The position numbers and the translations under genes are program-made. The notes below the pieces were generated by a model that was not told the DNA's origin, ran no database searches, and saw only the letters and a program-made list of their open reading frames with translations. 64,000 nt of DNA, from positions 62,001 through 126,000 of the IMG/VR virus record IMGVR_UViG_3300032334_001259, one strand, 5' to 3'. This document shows, piece after piece, positions 50,804 through 60,625 of this stretch. Within the stretch, counting starts at the first letter, position 1; every line of letters starts with the position of its first letter.

Positions 50804-51493
50804 GACTGCTTCACGAACACTTACCTCGTGATAATTAGGTAGTTGATTTAAACGATTGCTATAATTGTGGCTAATATGTGTTCTTACACGATAAAAATCA
50901 ACATCAGTATAAACACTGCAAACATCATATAAATGACCATGATGTTTTTCATGTGTAAAATCATTTCTATCATAACCTAGTGTGTCAGCATAAACATTTT
51001 CATTAGTAATATGATCACTGCCATCAAAACCAAATAAGAAAATTTTCTTTGCGCCATCAAATGCGGCAAGATATGCTGCAGTAGCACCACTATCCAAATA
51101 ATAAACATATGGAATAAGATTAGTATCACGATATGTAACCCACATATCATTTGTGACAAACATTTGATTGTGTTTGTCAGTTGGTATTTCCGCAAATAGT
51201 AATCTATTTTTTATTACATAATAATCTGCTTTTACATCACGATAAGCGGCATTACAAGCATAGGTTGTTTTGTATCCTTCTGCAACACGACGATTATTTT
51301 GATTTAAAATAAGTTGAATATCTTGACTGTTACGACTAATACCATTACCAATAACTATAGCAGTAGTAACCGCACGATCATATGGAAAACTACGTGGATT
51401 TACAAACAACGATTTCATTTTATCGTTATCGGTAAATGTTAATGGTTCACCTTTGTAATCTCTGCGATAATAAGGAAAGTTTAATTCTGGCAT
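50786..51493 (-). CDS. Rossmann-like protein (MptE/DUF115 or GT29 sialyltransferase-like)
   Basis: AIVIGNG.SR, Y.CNA.YRD, SGATA..LA...G.K.IFLFGFD; late promoter CATAAATA at 51499-51506. Confidence 0.6.
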   Translation of the reverse strand: MPELNFPYYRRDYKGEPLTFTDNDKMKSLFVNPRSFPYDRAVTTAIVIGNGISRNSQDIQLILNQNNRRVAEGYKTTYACNAAYRDVKADYYVIKNRLLFAEIPTDKHNQMFVTNDMWVTYRDTNLIPYVYYLDSGATAAYLAAFDGAKKIFLFGFDGSDHITNENVYADTLGYDRNDFTHEKHHGHLYDVCSVYTDVDFYRVRTHISHNYSNRLNQLPNYHEVSVREAVLAGDF

Positions 51494-51501
51494 AGCAATA
51501 T

Positions 51502-51747
51502 TTATGGTATCACAACTTCACTTGGAAAGTGTTCAAGACTATATTTCATTTGACTAAACTGTGTAGCAACATATCGTGAACCTTGTTCGTCAAGTGCATA
51601 GGCATCTAATTCAAAATCTGGCCAGTTGCCTTGTGCTTTCCATGCTACATATTCTTGAAAATGACGGTTTTCTGGATCAGGTGTAATATGCCATCCGTCT
51701 TCATTGTCAACAATTGTTCCGTGCCAACATAATGTATATTTTGTCAT
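51502..51747 (-). CDS. Tail fibre assembly/XkdW-like small protein
   Basis: IT.DPENRHFQEYVAW..QGN.P motif; directly after a fibre gene. Confidence 0.6.
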   Translation of the reverse strand: MTKYTLCWHGTIVDNEDGWHITPDPENRHFQEYVAWKAQGNWPDFELDAYALDEQGSRYVATQFSQMKYSLEHFPSEVVIP

Positions 51748-51750
51748 AGT

Positions 51751-53079
51751 TTACATATCCGCATCTGCATAAAGTGTAACTGTTTGGTTGCTTCCCCATA
51801 CTAAATTTGTGCCATAACTTGCAATACTTGCTGTAGTTAAACTCCATCCGTCCACTGTTATAGATGTCGCTGTTATACTTGTCATGCTTACATTAACAGG
51901 AGCATAAGGAGTGGTAGTAGTAGTTCCTACACCAACCATATTCCAACTTGTGGAACTAAAAGATATAGCAGGTGCTACACGCATTTGTTGAGGATGGTTA
52001 ACACGACCACGTGTATCGCCATTAGATGTATAAGTTACCCATGGACCCCATTCTTTGCCACCACTTGTAAGAGTATAATAGTATCGTTGACATATTGCAA
52101 GTTCCGTTGGATAGTGTCTATTTTCATAAGGTGTTGCGATACTACCTGGCTCAAATTGAACACCAGTCCATTGCATAGTGCTACCAACTGCAGTTAAAAC
52201 GTTACCACTTAATGCACGACTATTGGCACCAGTATAGTTACCACTTGTCCAAGTATTTGCGCTCGCTGGTGCGTAAACAGAACCATTCCATACTGCAAAT
52301 CCTAACTCTATACCACAACCGCTACCACCGCCCCAAGTTCCAGTAGTTGAACCTTGCACGGGAATGCTAACATAAGTCCATGTATTTGCACTTGGAATAT
52401 TATATGTAAAAGTTAAACTTTGGTCAAAGGTTGGATTGTTTCTTATAAATCCACTATAAACACCAGCATTACTACTACGTGTCCAAAAACTTAAAGTAGC
52501 ATTTCTTGCCCAAGTTTGTCCCCAACCTAAATCACGAGCAATGTAACCTTCAATTTTTTGTGATAAGAAAATGTAATCACTAGTATTTAATGTTGAAGGA
52601 ACACTTGTAGTTGTCCAACCATAATAGCTAAAATGTCCTGTTGGACTTGTAATACTGCCTTGATTTTGTCCAGTATAACCTTTACTTACGGTATTTGTGG
52701 TTGTATTCCAAACCCAACGGTCAATATAATACGCAGCAAAAGAAGAAACAGCAACATTGGCTGCACCATTGCGTTGGTCAATTTTGAAATCACCATTTAT
52801 GATACGATTTCTTGCGCCAAATGATTGAACCGTGCCAAACACAGTTCCATCACTAAAACCAACGTTGGAAGCATACACATTGCCTTGAACACCAATTCCA
52901 CCCACGACTTGTAGAGCACCAGTTGTTCTACTTGTTGCAGCAGTATTAGCTGCAATAACAATAGGTGTAGAAACACCAGCCTGTGTTGCAGTCCAAGTTC
53001 CTTGTGCACTATTATAGGTGTAACTTGTATTGTTTAATACATATGTTTGACCGTCTGTTGGACTATTAGGAAATGGCAT
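51751..53079 (-). CDS. Tail fibre protein with carbohydrate-binding-like domain
   Basis: RNRIINGDF.IDQR, YYIDRW, TGVQFE.G..ATPYE.R....EL..CQRYY. Confidence 0.8.
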   Translation of the reverse strand: MPFPNSPTDGQTYVLNNTSYTYNSAQGTWTATQAGVSTPIVIAANTAATSRTTGALQVVGGIGVQGNVYASNVGFSDGTVFGTVQSFGARNRIINGDFKIDQRNGAANVAVSSFAAYYIDRWVWNTTTNTVSKGYTGQNQGSITSPTGHFSYYGWTTTSVPSTLNTSDYIFLSQKIEGYIARDLGWGQTWARNATLSFWTRSSNAGVYSGFIRNNPTFDQSLTFTYNIPSANTWTYVSIPVQGSTTGTWGGGSGCGIELGFAVWNGSVYAPASANTWTSGNYTGANSRALSGNVLTAVGSTMQWTGVQFEPGSIATPYENRHYPTELAICQRYYYTLTSGGKEWGPWVTYTSNGDTRGRVNHPQQMRVAPAISFSSTSWNMVGVGTTTTTPYAPVNVSMTSITATSITVDGWSLTTASIASYGTNLVWGSNQTVTLYADADM

Positions 53080-53639
53080 TAATATCTACCTACCGCTATT
53101 TCTATTTTTCTTATAGAAGCATCTGTAATTATTTCCATGCTTTTACCAATTATACATCCAACTTCATATTTTGTTTTATCCAATGCACAAGCAACACCTT
53201 TAATGTCACTACTGACAAGTAATGTTCCTTTTGCAACTGGTCCACGCACCATACATGGAACACGACCAGTAAGTGCTACTGGAACCCAATTATCTTGTTC
53301 AAAATTATCATTCATAAGGTATGCAGGATTTGTTGAAACTACACCAGCAATAGCAGTATCGTGACTTTGTTTTGATACAGTCACATCAAGATCGCCACCA
53401 AATACCATAACAGTGCCAGGCGTATAATAATCATCAGCATGATACATTTCTGCCAAATCAGCATATTTTGCTGTAGTTGATGTACCAACAAATGTTACAC
53501 CATAAATTGTGCTCCAATAAGAAGTAGAAGAACCAAGATTTGCCGAATTATTAGCACTTGGGTAAAAACTACCAGCAACTGCTACTTGATTACGTGATGG
53601 ATCATATGACAGATATGATGGAGATAACGTTATCGACAT
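53079..53639 (-). CDS. Fibre-tip protein with peptidase-G2/intramolecular-chaperone-like domain
   Basis: AKYADLAE.Y, PGTV..FGG, GVVSTNPAYLMN, VAL.GRVPC. Confidence 0.75.
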   Translation of the reverse strand: MSITLSPSYLSYDPSRNQVAVAGSFYPSANNSANLGSSTSYWSTIYGVTFVGTSTTAKYADLAEMYHADDYYTPGTVMVFGGDLDVTVSKQSHDTAIAGVVSTNPAYLMNDNFEQDNWVPVALTGRVPCMVRGPVAKGTLLVSSDIKGVACALDKTKYEVGCIIGKSMEIITDASIRKIEIAVGRY

Positions 53640-53648
53640 CGCAACTCC

Positions 53649-56600
53649 TTATGCTTGCGCTTCTGTCCAACTCAAACGTGCCTGAATAGTTCCAGTTGAA
53701 GCACCAATATTTGTTGCAACAATTGTAACAACATCTGGTCCATCAGGATAAACTTGAATAGCACCAGTTGATACTCCACCACTTAATATACTTGTTCCCA
53801 TATCACGGACCAAGTTAAGGTCTTGTTGAGTAGCCGCTGCCGCACTTGTAGCAAAGTTTGTATAGAAACCAAAGATAGGCTCACCACCGCTAATTGTTGT
53901 GCCACCAAAGTGAATGATGTATTGTGCAAAACTACTACCACCAACAGATGTCCAACTATCACTTGTATATGCAGTGGTGCCGTTAAGGAATAACTGAATC
54001 AAGAATGAACCGTTACTAAACAAGTCCATTTGACGCAGAACCATCTGCATACGATTTACAATTTCACGCTGACCAAGTTGGTTACCAGTAATACCGTTAC
54101 TGACACTTGGTGAAAGTCGGAAACTCATAATGGCATTACGTGCGCCTGAATTAACACTGATGTTTGTATTCATGCCCTGAATAAACACGAATGATTTATC
54201 GTCATCAAAGCGACCGTCCATAATAACACTAGTTCCCCAGTGACTGATAGTTGGTGCAAATGCAGGACTATGACTTTCAACTGCAATAGGTGCAGTTGCA
54301 CTATAAGTCCAAGTTTGTCCACTGCTCATACCCATTGGGCTAAATGTAACAGTTTGGCTACCACTTGAAACTGGATATTGACTTAATGTAACGCTTGTAT
54401 TAGCAACAAAACTTACAACATAAGTGCCTTGTGGAATACCAACACCTGTTACATATTGTCCAATTTGAACACCACTTGTGCTTGCACCTGTAATAACATT
54501 ACTTGTTGTTGATAGCGTAAATGTTAATGCACCACCTGCCTGTGCACGAGTTACACCAGTTAATGATGGTCCAAAATAAAGTGTTTGTGAACCAGTTGCT
54601 GTTACAGCAACACTTAAGACAACGCTTGAATTTGTAGCTATGCTTATAACATATGCACCGCTTGGAATACCTGTTCCAATTACATATTGTCCAGTAGAAA
54701 CACCACTTGTGCTTGTCATACCAATAGTACTACTGCCATAAGTTAATGTGCCAGTCAGTGTAGCTGCTTGAGAAACACCAGTATAATTGATGTATTCCTG
54801 TTGAGTTGCATTTCTAATTACTGCAGTTCCACTTGTTGGCCAACCACTCCAATCACTTATATAAATTACGTTATCACCACCAGCTGCACTTTGTGTCAAA
54901 ATGCCATATTTTGAAAATGTATTTGTTTCATAACGGCCTGGTAAGTTACCACTGCGCATATATGCTTCATTATTATAATTGTTGTTTGCAAGTTTATGAC
55001 AATAAATTACGTTGCCATCTGCTCCACGGAAGCCCCAACGAATGAAACCTGCACCATACCAACTATAATCCATATAGAACATTTGCATCTTGGCAAGGTT
55101 CATGTTAAATCCGCTTGGTCCTGTTCCATCACACTTATCAATATTCCAAAGATTTTGTGGAATACGTAGGTCAACAGTTTTGCTTACAATAGCATTTGTT
55201 AAGTTTGCAACACCACGATAAGCAGGTGAGATAGTCATACTTGTATCACTAGCAATATTGACAATACGATAACTCATGCCCTTAATAACAATAAAATCAT
55301 TTGGTTGTAGTTGCTTACTAAAGATAGTGCTTACACCGTTTACTGTTTGACCAGTTACAGTGCTACTACCAGCATTGACGCTGACAAATCCACTTATTTG
55401 TTGTGTGCTACTACGACGAACTGCATATAATGTTTGACCATCAAACTCAAAGAAAATACCATTTTGACTATCAAACATACCTGTACGTACAGCAGCATTA
55501 TACCACCCAACAACACTTACAACAACAGGACCACTTGCTGTTGTAGCAGTTACAGCGGCTGACAATGTATATGTGAATGTATAGGCATCTTTAACTGCAG
55601 CAACCGTAAATGTGCCATTATAACCAGTTTCATTTGCACCCGAAATAGTGATTGAAACACCAGGATTAACATTATGAGCTTGTTTGGTAACAACAGTTGC
55701 TGTGCTACCTGCTGTTAAAGCATTGGCAGTTAATGAATCAACGTTAAAGTTTGGCTTCATAATTGTGCCAGTGCTCATTTGAATACCCTTACCACTTTGG
55801 TAACGGAAGTAACGACGAGTTTGACGAACATATTGTTGGTTATGGCTTTGAGCATTTGTGCTGAACTGAACACCGCCATCAAATGCACGGTGAACTGTTA
55901 AACCTGGTGGACGAACAAACATATTTGCAGTCGCAGTGACAACAGTATTACTTGCACTGGCATTAGCAGGATTACTTAATGTAATACTTGTATTTGTTAC
56001 GTTACCTGTAATGTATGTTCCAAAAGGAATACCAGTTGTTGGCTGAATATATTGTCCAGTAAATGCGTTAGCAGTTGCACTACAAGTAGCCGTTACACTA
56101 TTTGCGGTTGTTGTGATGGTCAATAAATTGCTTGTTTTAACATAACTTGCTGGTGCACTAGCTACATAAGTTGTAAATGCAGTTGCATTTGGAACAGTTG
56201 TTACAGTCCAACTACCATTTGGTGGAGTCGTAGCGTTAGCACCTGTAATTGCTATTTCATTGCCTAAACTTAAACCATGAGGAACACTTGTGGTAACTAC
56301 CAACAAATTACTGCTTACTAAATCAATATTTGCAATACCTATTTGTGCATTTGCAAATTGTTTACCAGTATAAATTGCAGTTACGCCTGCATTGTTAATA
56401 CTACCAGTAGTTCCTGTATATGTATATTTTGCAGTATAACTAAAACTTGTGCTTGCTACTACAGCATCAACAACATAAAGTCCGTCCGCACCTGCCCAAA
56501 TTGTATCTTGTATATACACAACACTACCTAATGTTGGAGGTGTAGATGTAGAAACTAAAACAGTTCTACTACCATTTGTAGCCGTAATATCAGTATATGT

Positions 56601-57053
56601 CTGTGTTGTGTTAGTATAATATGCAAATGGACGATTATTAATAAGAGCAAGTGATTCCCACTTGGTTGACTGTGAACCATATTCAAAGTCAGTATCAATC
56701 AACGCTTGTGGTTGTGATATTCTAAACTTATTAACAGGGTCAGTTAGTGTTTCACTCGGAGTAAATGATTGGTCAAATGTATCGGTAATAATCTGCAATT
56801 TATCAGATGAACTCATGGCAACTGTGTTGTAGTTAAGAACAATAGTTGTATAGTTATTTTGACCTGTGCTGTCAGAAGTAATTGTATAACTTGTAGCTGT
56901 AAGACTATTATCGCTAAAATTGTAAATTACAGTGTTTGTTGTGACGTTTGTAATCAATATCATACGTTCACGTGGAATAACTTTGTTAATCACAATTGTG
57001 CGTGTAGTTGGATTAAATGTATAATATTGGTCTAAAATAACGTTTCTTGACAT
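53649..57053 (-). CDS. Large virion structural (baseplate/fibre) protein
   Basis: 1134 aa, T/S/G/N-rich; RYFRYQSGKG and IFFEFDG segments; preceded by the fibre operon. Confidence 0.8.
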   Translation of the reverse strand: MSRNVILDQYYTFNPTTRTIVINKVIPRERMILITNVTTNTVIYNFSDNSLTATSYTITSDSTGQNNYTTIVLNYNTVAMSSSDKLQIITDTFDQSFTPSETLTDPVNKFRISQPQALIDTDFEYGSQSTKWESLALINNRPFAYYTNTTQTYTDITATNGSRTVLVSTSTPPTLGSVVYIQDTIWAGADGLYVVDAVVASTSFSYTAKYTYTGTTGSINNAGVTAIYTGKQFANAQIGIANIDLVSSNLLVVTTSVPHGLSLGNEIAITGANATTPPNGSWTVTTVPNATAFTTYVASAPASYVKTSNLLTITTTANSVTATCSATANAFTGQYIQPTTGIPFGTYITGNVTNTSITLSNPANASASNTVVTATANMFVRPPGLTVHRAFDGGVQFSTNAQSHNQQYVRQTRRYFRYQSGKGIQMSTGTIMKPNFNVDSLTANALTAGSTATVVTKQAHNVNPGVSITISGANETGYNGTFTVAAVKDAYTFTYTLSAAVTATTASGPVVVSVVGWYNAAVRTGMFDSQNGIFFEFDGQTLYAVRRSSTQQISGFVSVNAGSSTVTGQTVNGVSTIFSKQLQPNDFIVIKGMSYRIVNIASDTSMTISPAYRGVANLTNAIVSKTVDLRIPQNLWNIDKCDGTGPSGFNMNLAKMQMFYMDYSWYGAGFIRWGFRGADGNVIYCHKLANNNYNNEAYMRSGNLPGRYETNTFSKYGILTQSAAGGDNVIYISDWSGWPTSGTAVIRNATQQEYINYTGVSQAATLTGTLTYGSSTIGMTSTSGVSTGQYVIGTGIPSGAYVISIATNSSVVLSVAVTATGSQTLYFGPSLTGVTRAQAGGALTFTLSTTSNVITGASTSGVQIGQYVTGVGIPQGTYVVSFVANTSVTLSQYPVSSGSQTVTFSPMGMSSGQTWTYSATAPIAVESHSPAFAPTISHWGTSVIMDGRFDDDKSFVFIQGMNTNISVNSGARNAIMSFRLSPSVSNGITGNQLGQREIVNRMQMVLRQMDLFSNGSFLIQLFLNGTTAYTSDSWTSVGGSSFAQYIIHFGGTTISGGEPIFGFYTNFATSAAAATQQDLNLVRDMGTSILSGGVSTGAIQVYPDGPDVVTIVATNIGASTGTIQARLSWTEAQA

Positions 57054-57089
57054 AAGAAGTCCCTGTTGTTACGATTACAGATATTTATG

Positions 57090-59252
57090 TTAATCTGCGC
57101 CTAGCAATATATCAACTGGTTTAAATGGATATATTTTTGGAGGTTGGCTGTAACTTCCAGTAACTGTTCTAACCAAAACTTGGCTGGCTATTGGTAATGA
57201 ATCTGCAAACTTAATAAGTGGACCAGATAACACTGTTCCATTTGGATAATAATAATTTATAACCGTATATCCTTTATTACCAGTAAGGACAAAACTTTGC
57301 CATAAACTTTCAATATTGTAAGCCCATGCAGGTTGTAATTGTCCATTAACTGTTACTGTTAATTGCCATGGACTTAATATAGTAACATTGGCTTTATTAT
57401 AAGTTAATGAAAAAGTATTAGTTCTACCATCAACATAATTACTTAAATCATCTAAATCATATATAGAACTTATAATTGGTGTTCCATTTGAATAATAATG
57501 ACTATTACTGTAAAGTGCATTTGCAGTTACATTACCATTTACATTTAAATTACCACCAACTCCTACACCACCACTTACTACCAATGCACCAGTTGTTGAA
57601 GAAGTAGATGTTGTTGCACTATTAGATACAAGATTGCCACTTGTTTTATTATATTGTAGATAAGTTGCACCACCAAAGTTTGTTCCATCATTAAATTGAA
57701 CAAATGTGTTGCTACCACCAGCAGGCGTAGTTATAGTGCTACCATTACTATAAAGATAGTAATTACTGTAAAATGCATTAGCATTTACTGTATTAGCAGA
57801 TAAAGTCCCTTGGGTAATTGTAGTAGTGCTTGGTGTTATGATATTACCATTTTCATATATGCGCATGGCTTCAACAAGTGAAGAACCATTATAAGTGCTA
57901 AACACCATTTGACCAACGTTGGTTGCTGTTGCACTATTTGTTACACTTATACGTGCACTATTGACAAGTGTATTTCCACCAGGCACTTTGTCAACAAAGT
58001 CAATCTTACTTTGGATACCACTGCCGCTACCGCTGCTTCCTTGAATTTCAAGAGCACCAACACCAGTAACTTGGCTACCAGTATCACCAAGACGTGCGCC
58101 CATAATAGTTAGATAAGCACTACTACCAGCAATTAAACCGATGTTTTGGACACCAGTTAGTGTAGTAGTTGAACCAATTAATATATTAGCAGCATAAATG
58201 TTACCACCAACACCCAAGCCACCAGCAAGAACTAGCGCACCTGTGCTAGTTGAAGTGCTTTGTGTTGTGCTGTTAGATACAAGATTACCACTTGTTTTAT
58301 TATACTGAATATATGTTGCACCACCTAATGAACCAGCATCACTAAATTGAACCATGGTATTACTACCACCAGCAGATGCAGTAACAGCAACCCAACTTAG
58401 ATTGCCGTTGCCATCTGTGCGTAAAAAATAACCAGCGGTTCCGCCAGTAACATTTAAACTGTTAACATCTATGTTTAAATTACCAGTTACTGTAAGCGTA
58501 TTAGCTACAGTTAAATTACCATAACTACTTGGATTGCTACTTAAATCTAACCAATATTTGTTATTGTAAGCATCTTGAATATATTCATAAAGAATATCGG
58601 TATTACCCTGATACCAAGTATCACCCAAATTAGGAGCAGTTGGTGCGACATTCCCAGTTCTAAAACGAGGAACCGCAGTAGAACCAAGATAAATGTTTCC
58701 ACCAGCAGCAACGTTTATATTACCATTATTTGTTACATTAATATTACCAGCAACATTTTGAACATTTGCATATTCAGTAAGTGTAACTGTTTCATATGAT
58801 TGTGTAACAATATTACCAATAACATTTAAAGTTCCCGCAATATTAACATTGCCAGGAAATGATGTAACATTAGAATTAACGCTATAAAGGTTTGTAAAAT
58901 TAATTGATGTAGTATTAATTGTAACGTTAGAACCGCCACCATTAATAAAATAAAATGCATTACCGTTTATTGTTCCTGCTTCTACAAACACCATTGCGCC
59001 AGGACTAATTTCACGCCAATCATTAAAATCACTACTACGTGTCCAACTACCATTAGAACCTGTTCCTAAAGTAGTTACACGATAGATACCATTAAGTGAA
59101 GTAGGTGTTTGGTCTTTAACAAGAACACGATCATTTGCTGACAAACTTACGCCGTCAAGTGTGTTTGGTGCAGCGCCAAGATTTATGTTAGCACCAGTTG
59201 ATGATGCTTTTACGCTATCTTTGTAATCGTTAACGAGACGAGTTAATGCCAT
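57090..59252 (-). CDS. Tail fibre protein
   Basis: SVKA.STGANINL...DGV.L..NDRVLVKDQ...NGIY; internal repeats; late promoter GTAAATA at 59271-59277. Confidence 0.8.
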   Translation of the reverse strand: MALTRLVNDYKDSVKASSTGANINLGAAPNTLDGVSLSANDRVLVKDQTPTSLNGIYRVTTLGTGSNGSWTRSSDFNDWREISPGAMVFVEAGTINGNAFYFINGGGSNVTINTTSINFTNLYSVNSNVTSFPGNVNIAGTLNVIGNIVTQSYETVTLTEYANVQNVAGNINVTNNGNINVAAGGNIYLGSTAVPRFRTGNVAPTAPNLGDTWYQGNTDILYEYIQDAYNNKYWLDLSSNPSSYGNLTVANTLTVTGNLNIDVNSLNVTGGTAGYFLRTDGNGNLSWVAVTASAGGSNTMVQFSDAGSLGGATYIQYNKTSGNLVSNSTTQSTSTSTGALVLAGGLGVGGNIYAANILIGSTTTLTGVQNIGLIAGSSAYLTIMGARLGDTGSQVTGVGALEIQGSSGSGSGIQSKIDFVDKVPGGNTLVNSARISVTNSATATNVGQMVFSTYNGSSLVEAMRIYENGNIITPSTTTITQGTLSANTVNANAFYSNYYLYSNGSTITTPAGGSNTFVQFNDGTNFGGATYLQYNKTSGNLVSNSATTSTSSTTGALVVSGGVGVGGNLNVNGNVTANALYSNSHYYSNGTPIISSIYDLDDLSNYVDGRTNTFSLTYNKANVTILSPWQLTVTVNGQLQPAWAYNIESLWQSFVLTGNKGYTVINYYYPNGTVLSGPLIKFADSLPIASQVLVRTVTGSYSQPPKIYPFKPVDILLGAD
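57548..58373 (-). repeat. Two imperfect ~175-bp direct repeats within the fibre gene (57548-57723 and 58200-58373)
   Basis: Both encode AGGSNT.VQF.D....GGATY.QYNKTSGNLVSNS.T.STS..TGALV..GG.GVGGN. Confidence 0.75.
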
Positions 59253-59281
59253 TTAAGTTCTCTAATATAGTATTTACCCTA

Positions 59282-60601
59282 TTAGAGACGACCAACCACC
59301 ACCTCTATTACACCTACGCCATCACCCATACTTTGAAGTGCTTTACCAATAACACTACCAATTTTTGGATTGCGTTCCATACGAGCAGTTCCATCACCGT
59401 TACTGACCATCATAGCACCTTTTTCAATTGGTCCTGTGACTTTACATGGAACACGACCTTGTAGTGCAACAGCAACAAAGTTCTCTTCTAAACCACCATT
59501 CATGAGATAAGCAGGATTAGTTGATACTACACCAGCAACATATTGACTAGCATTGATATTGCTTAATGTAACTTCAGCAGTTCCACCAAAATCAACTACT
59601 GTACCTGGTTCATAATCTACATCACTTGTATAACGTTCGGCCAAGTCAGCGTATTTTGCTGTGGTTGAGGTTCCAAGGAAGTTTACTGCATATACGTTAT
59701 TCCAATATAAACTAGTTGTGCCAAGATTTACAGATGCGTTAGCACTTGGTGATACAGCACCACTAAATGTTCCAGTAGTTGCTGTAACAGGACCACTACT
59801 ATAAACATTACCAACAAATATTGTGTTAAAGTAATTGCTTGGACCACCAAGGTTTAGTGTATTGTTTGTTGTTGGAAGTATATTTTGATTACTACGCCAA
59901 GCACTAGCAGCATTGTTATAAGTCCAAGTTACAACACTATTATTTCCAAGTAGGATACCAGCACCATCAACACCACTTGTTGTATTTTGGTTGTTTGCTA
60001 ATACAAGATTTTTATTATCTGTAACAATGTTACTTGAACCACTTGTTGTAATAGCTCCAGTAACTTGTAAGTTACCACTAACAATAAGACTGTTTACAAT
60101 GTTAACGTTACCAGTTGTATCAATATAAGCACGAGTAGTATCATTCTGTTTTAAGTTAAACTGACTGTTTGTTACAGAACCAACGTGGAAACTTGTTGCA
60201 TCAGTAATTGCCATACCAACGGCACTACCAGTATTGTTACGAACAAAAAGATTTCCTGCGCCGCCAGCTTGTAGTGAAGTATTACCAGTAATAATAACAC
60301 TACCATTCGCAGCAATAAATGCAGGTGTTTGACTTGCCATTTTAAAATTAAGTTGTGTTGCACTTGCACTACCAAAGTGGGTATAGCTGTTATCTGCAAC
60401 TATATACGCACTAACACTGCCACTATAATTGTTAGCATAAATTGTTCCATAACCATTGCTACCCGCAGGTGCAGTAACTGAAAATCCAGATGATCCAGTT
60501 GTTATAAGCGAGCCACCAATTGTAAGGTTACCACTTACAGCATCAATGCTTGTTGGTCCTACTGTAAGACCATTGTGTACTATAAAATTACTATTAGCCA
60601 T
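59282..60601 (-). CDS. Fibre protein with C-terminal peptidase-G2/chaperone-like domain
   Basis: MANSNFIVHNGL start; C-terminus paralogous to 53079-53639. Confidence 0.78.
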   Translation of the reverse strand: MANSNFIVHNGLTVGPTSIDAVSGNLTIGGSLITTGSSGFSVTAPAGSNGYGTIYANNYSGSVSAYIVADNSYTHFGSASATQLNFKMASQTPAFIAANGSVIITGNTSLQAGGAGNLFVRNNTGSAVGMAITDATSFHVGSVTNSQFNLKQNDTTRAYIDTTGNVNIVNSLIVSGNLQVTGAITTSGSSNIVTDNKNLVLANNQNTTSGVDGAGILLGNNSVVTWTYNNAASAWRSNQNILPTTNNTLNLGGPSNYFNTIFVGNVYSSGPVTATTGTFSGAVSPSANASVNLGTTSLYWNNVYAVNFLGTSTTAKYADLAERYTSDVDYEPGTVVDFGGTAEVTLSNINASQYVAGVVSTNPAYLMNGGLEENFVAVALQGRVPCKVTGPIEKGAMMVSNGDGTARMERNPKIGSVIGKALQSMGDGVGVIEVVVGRL

Positions 60602-60625
60602 AGTTCCATATCTCCCTGTTGGCTA

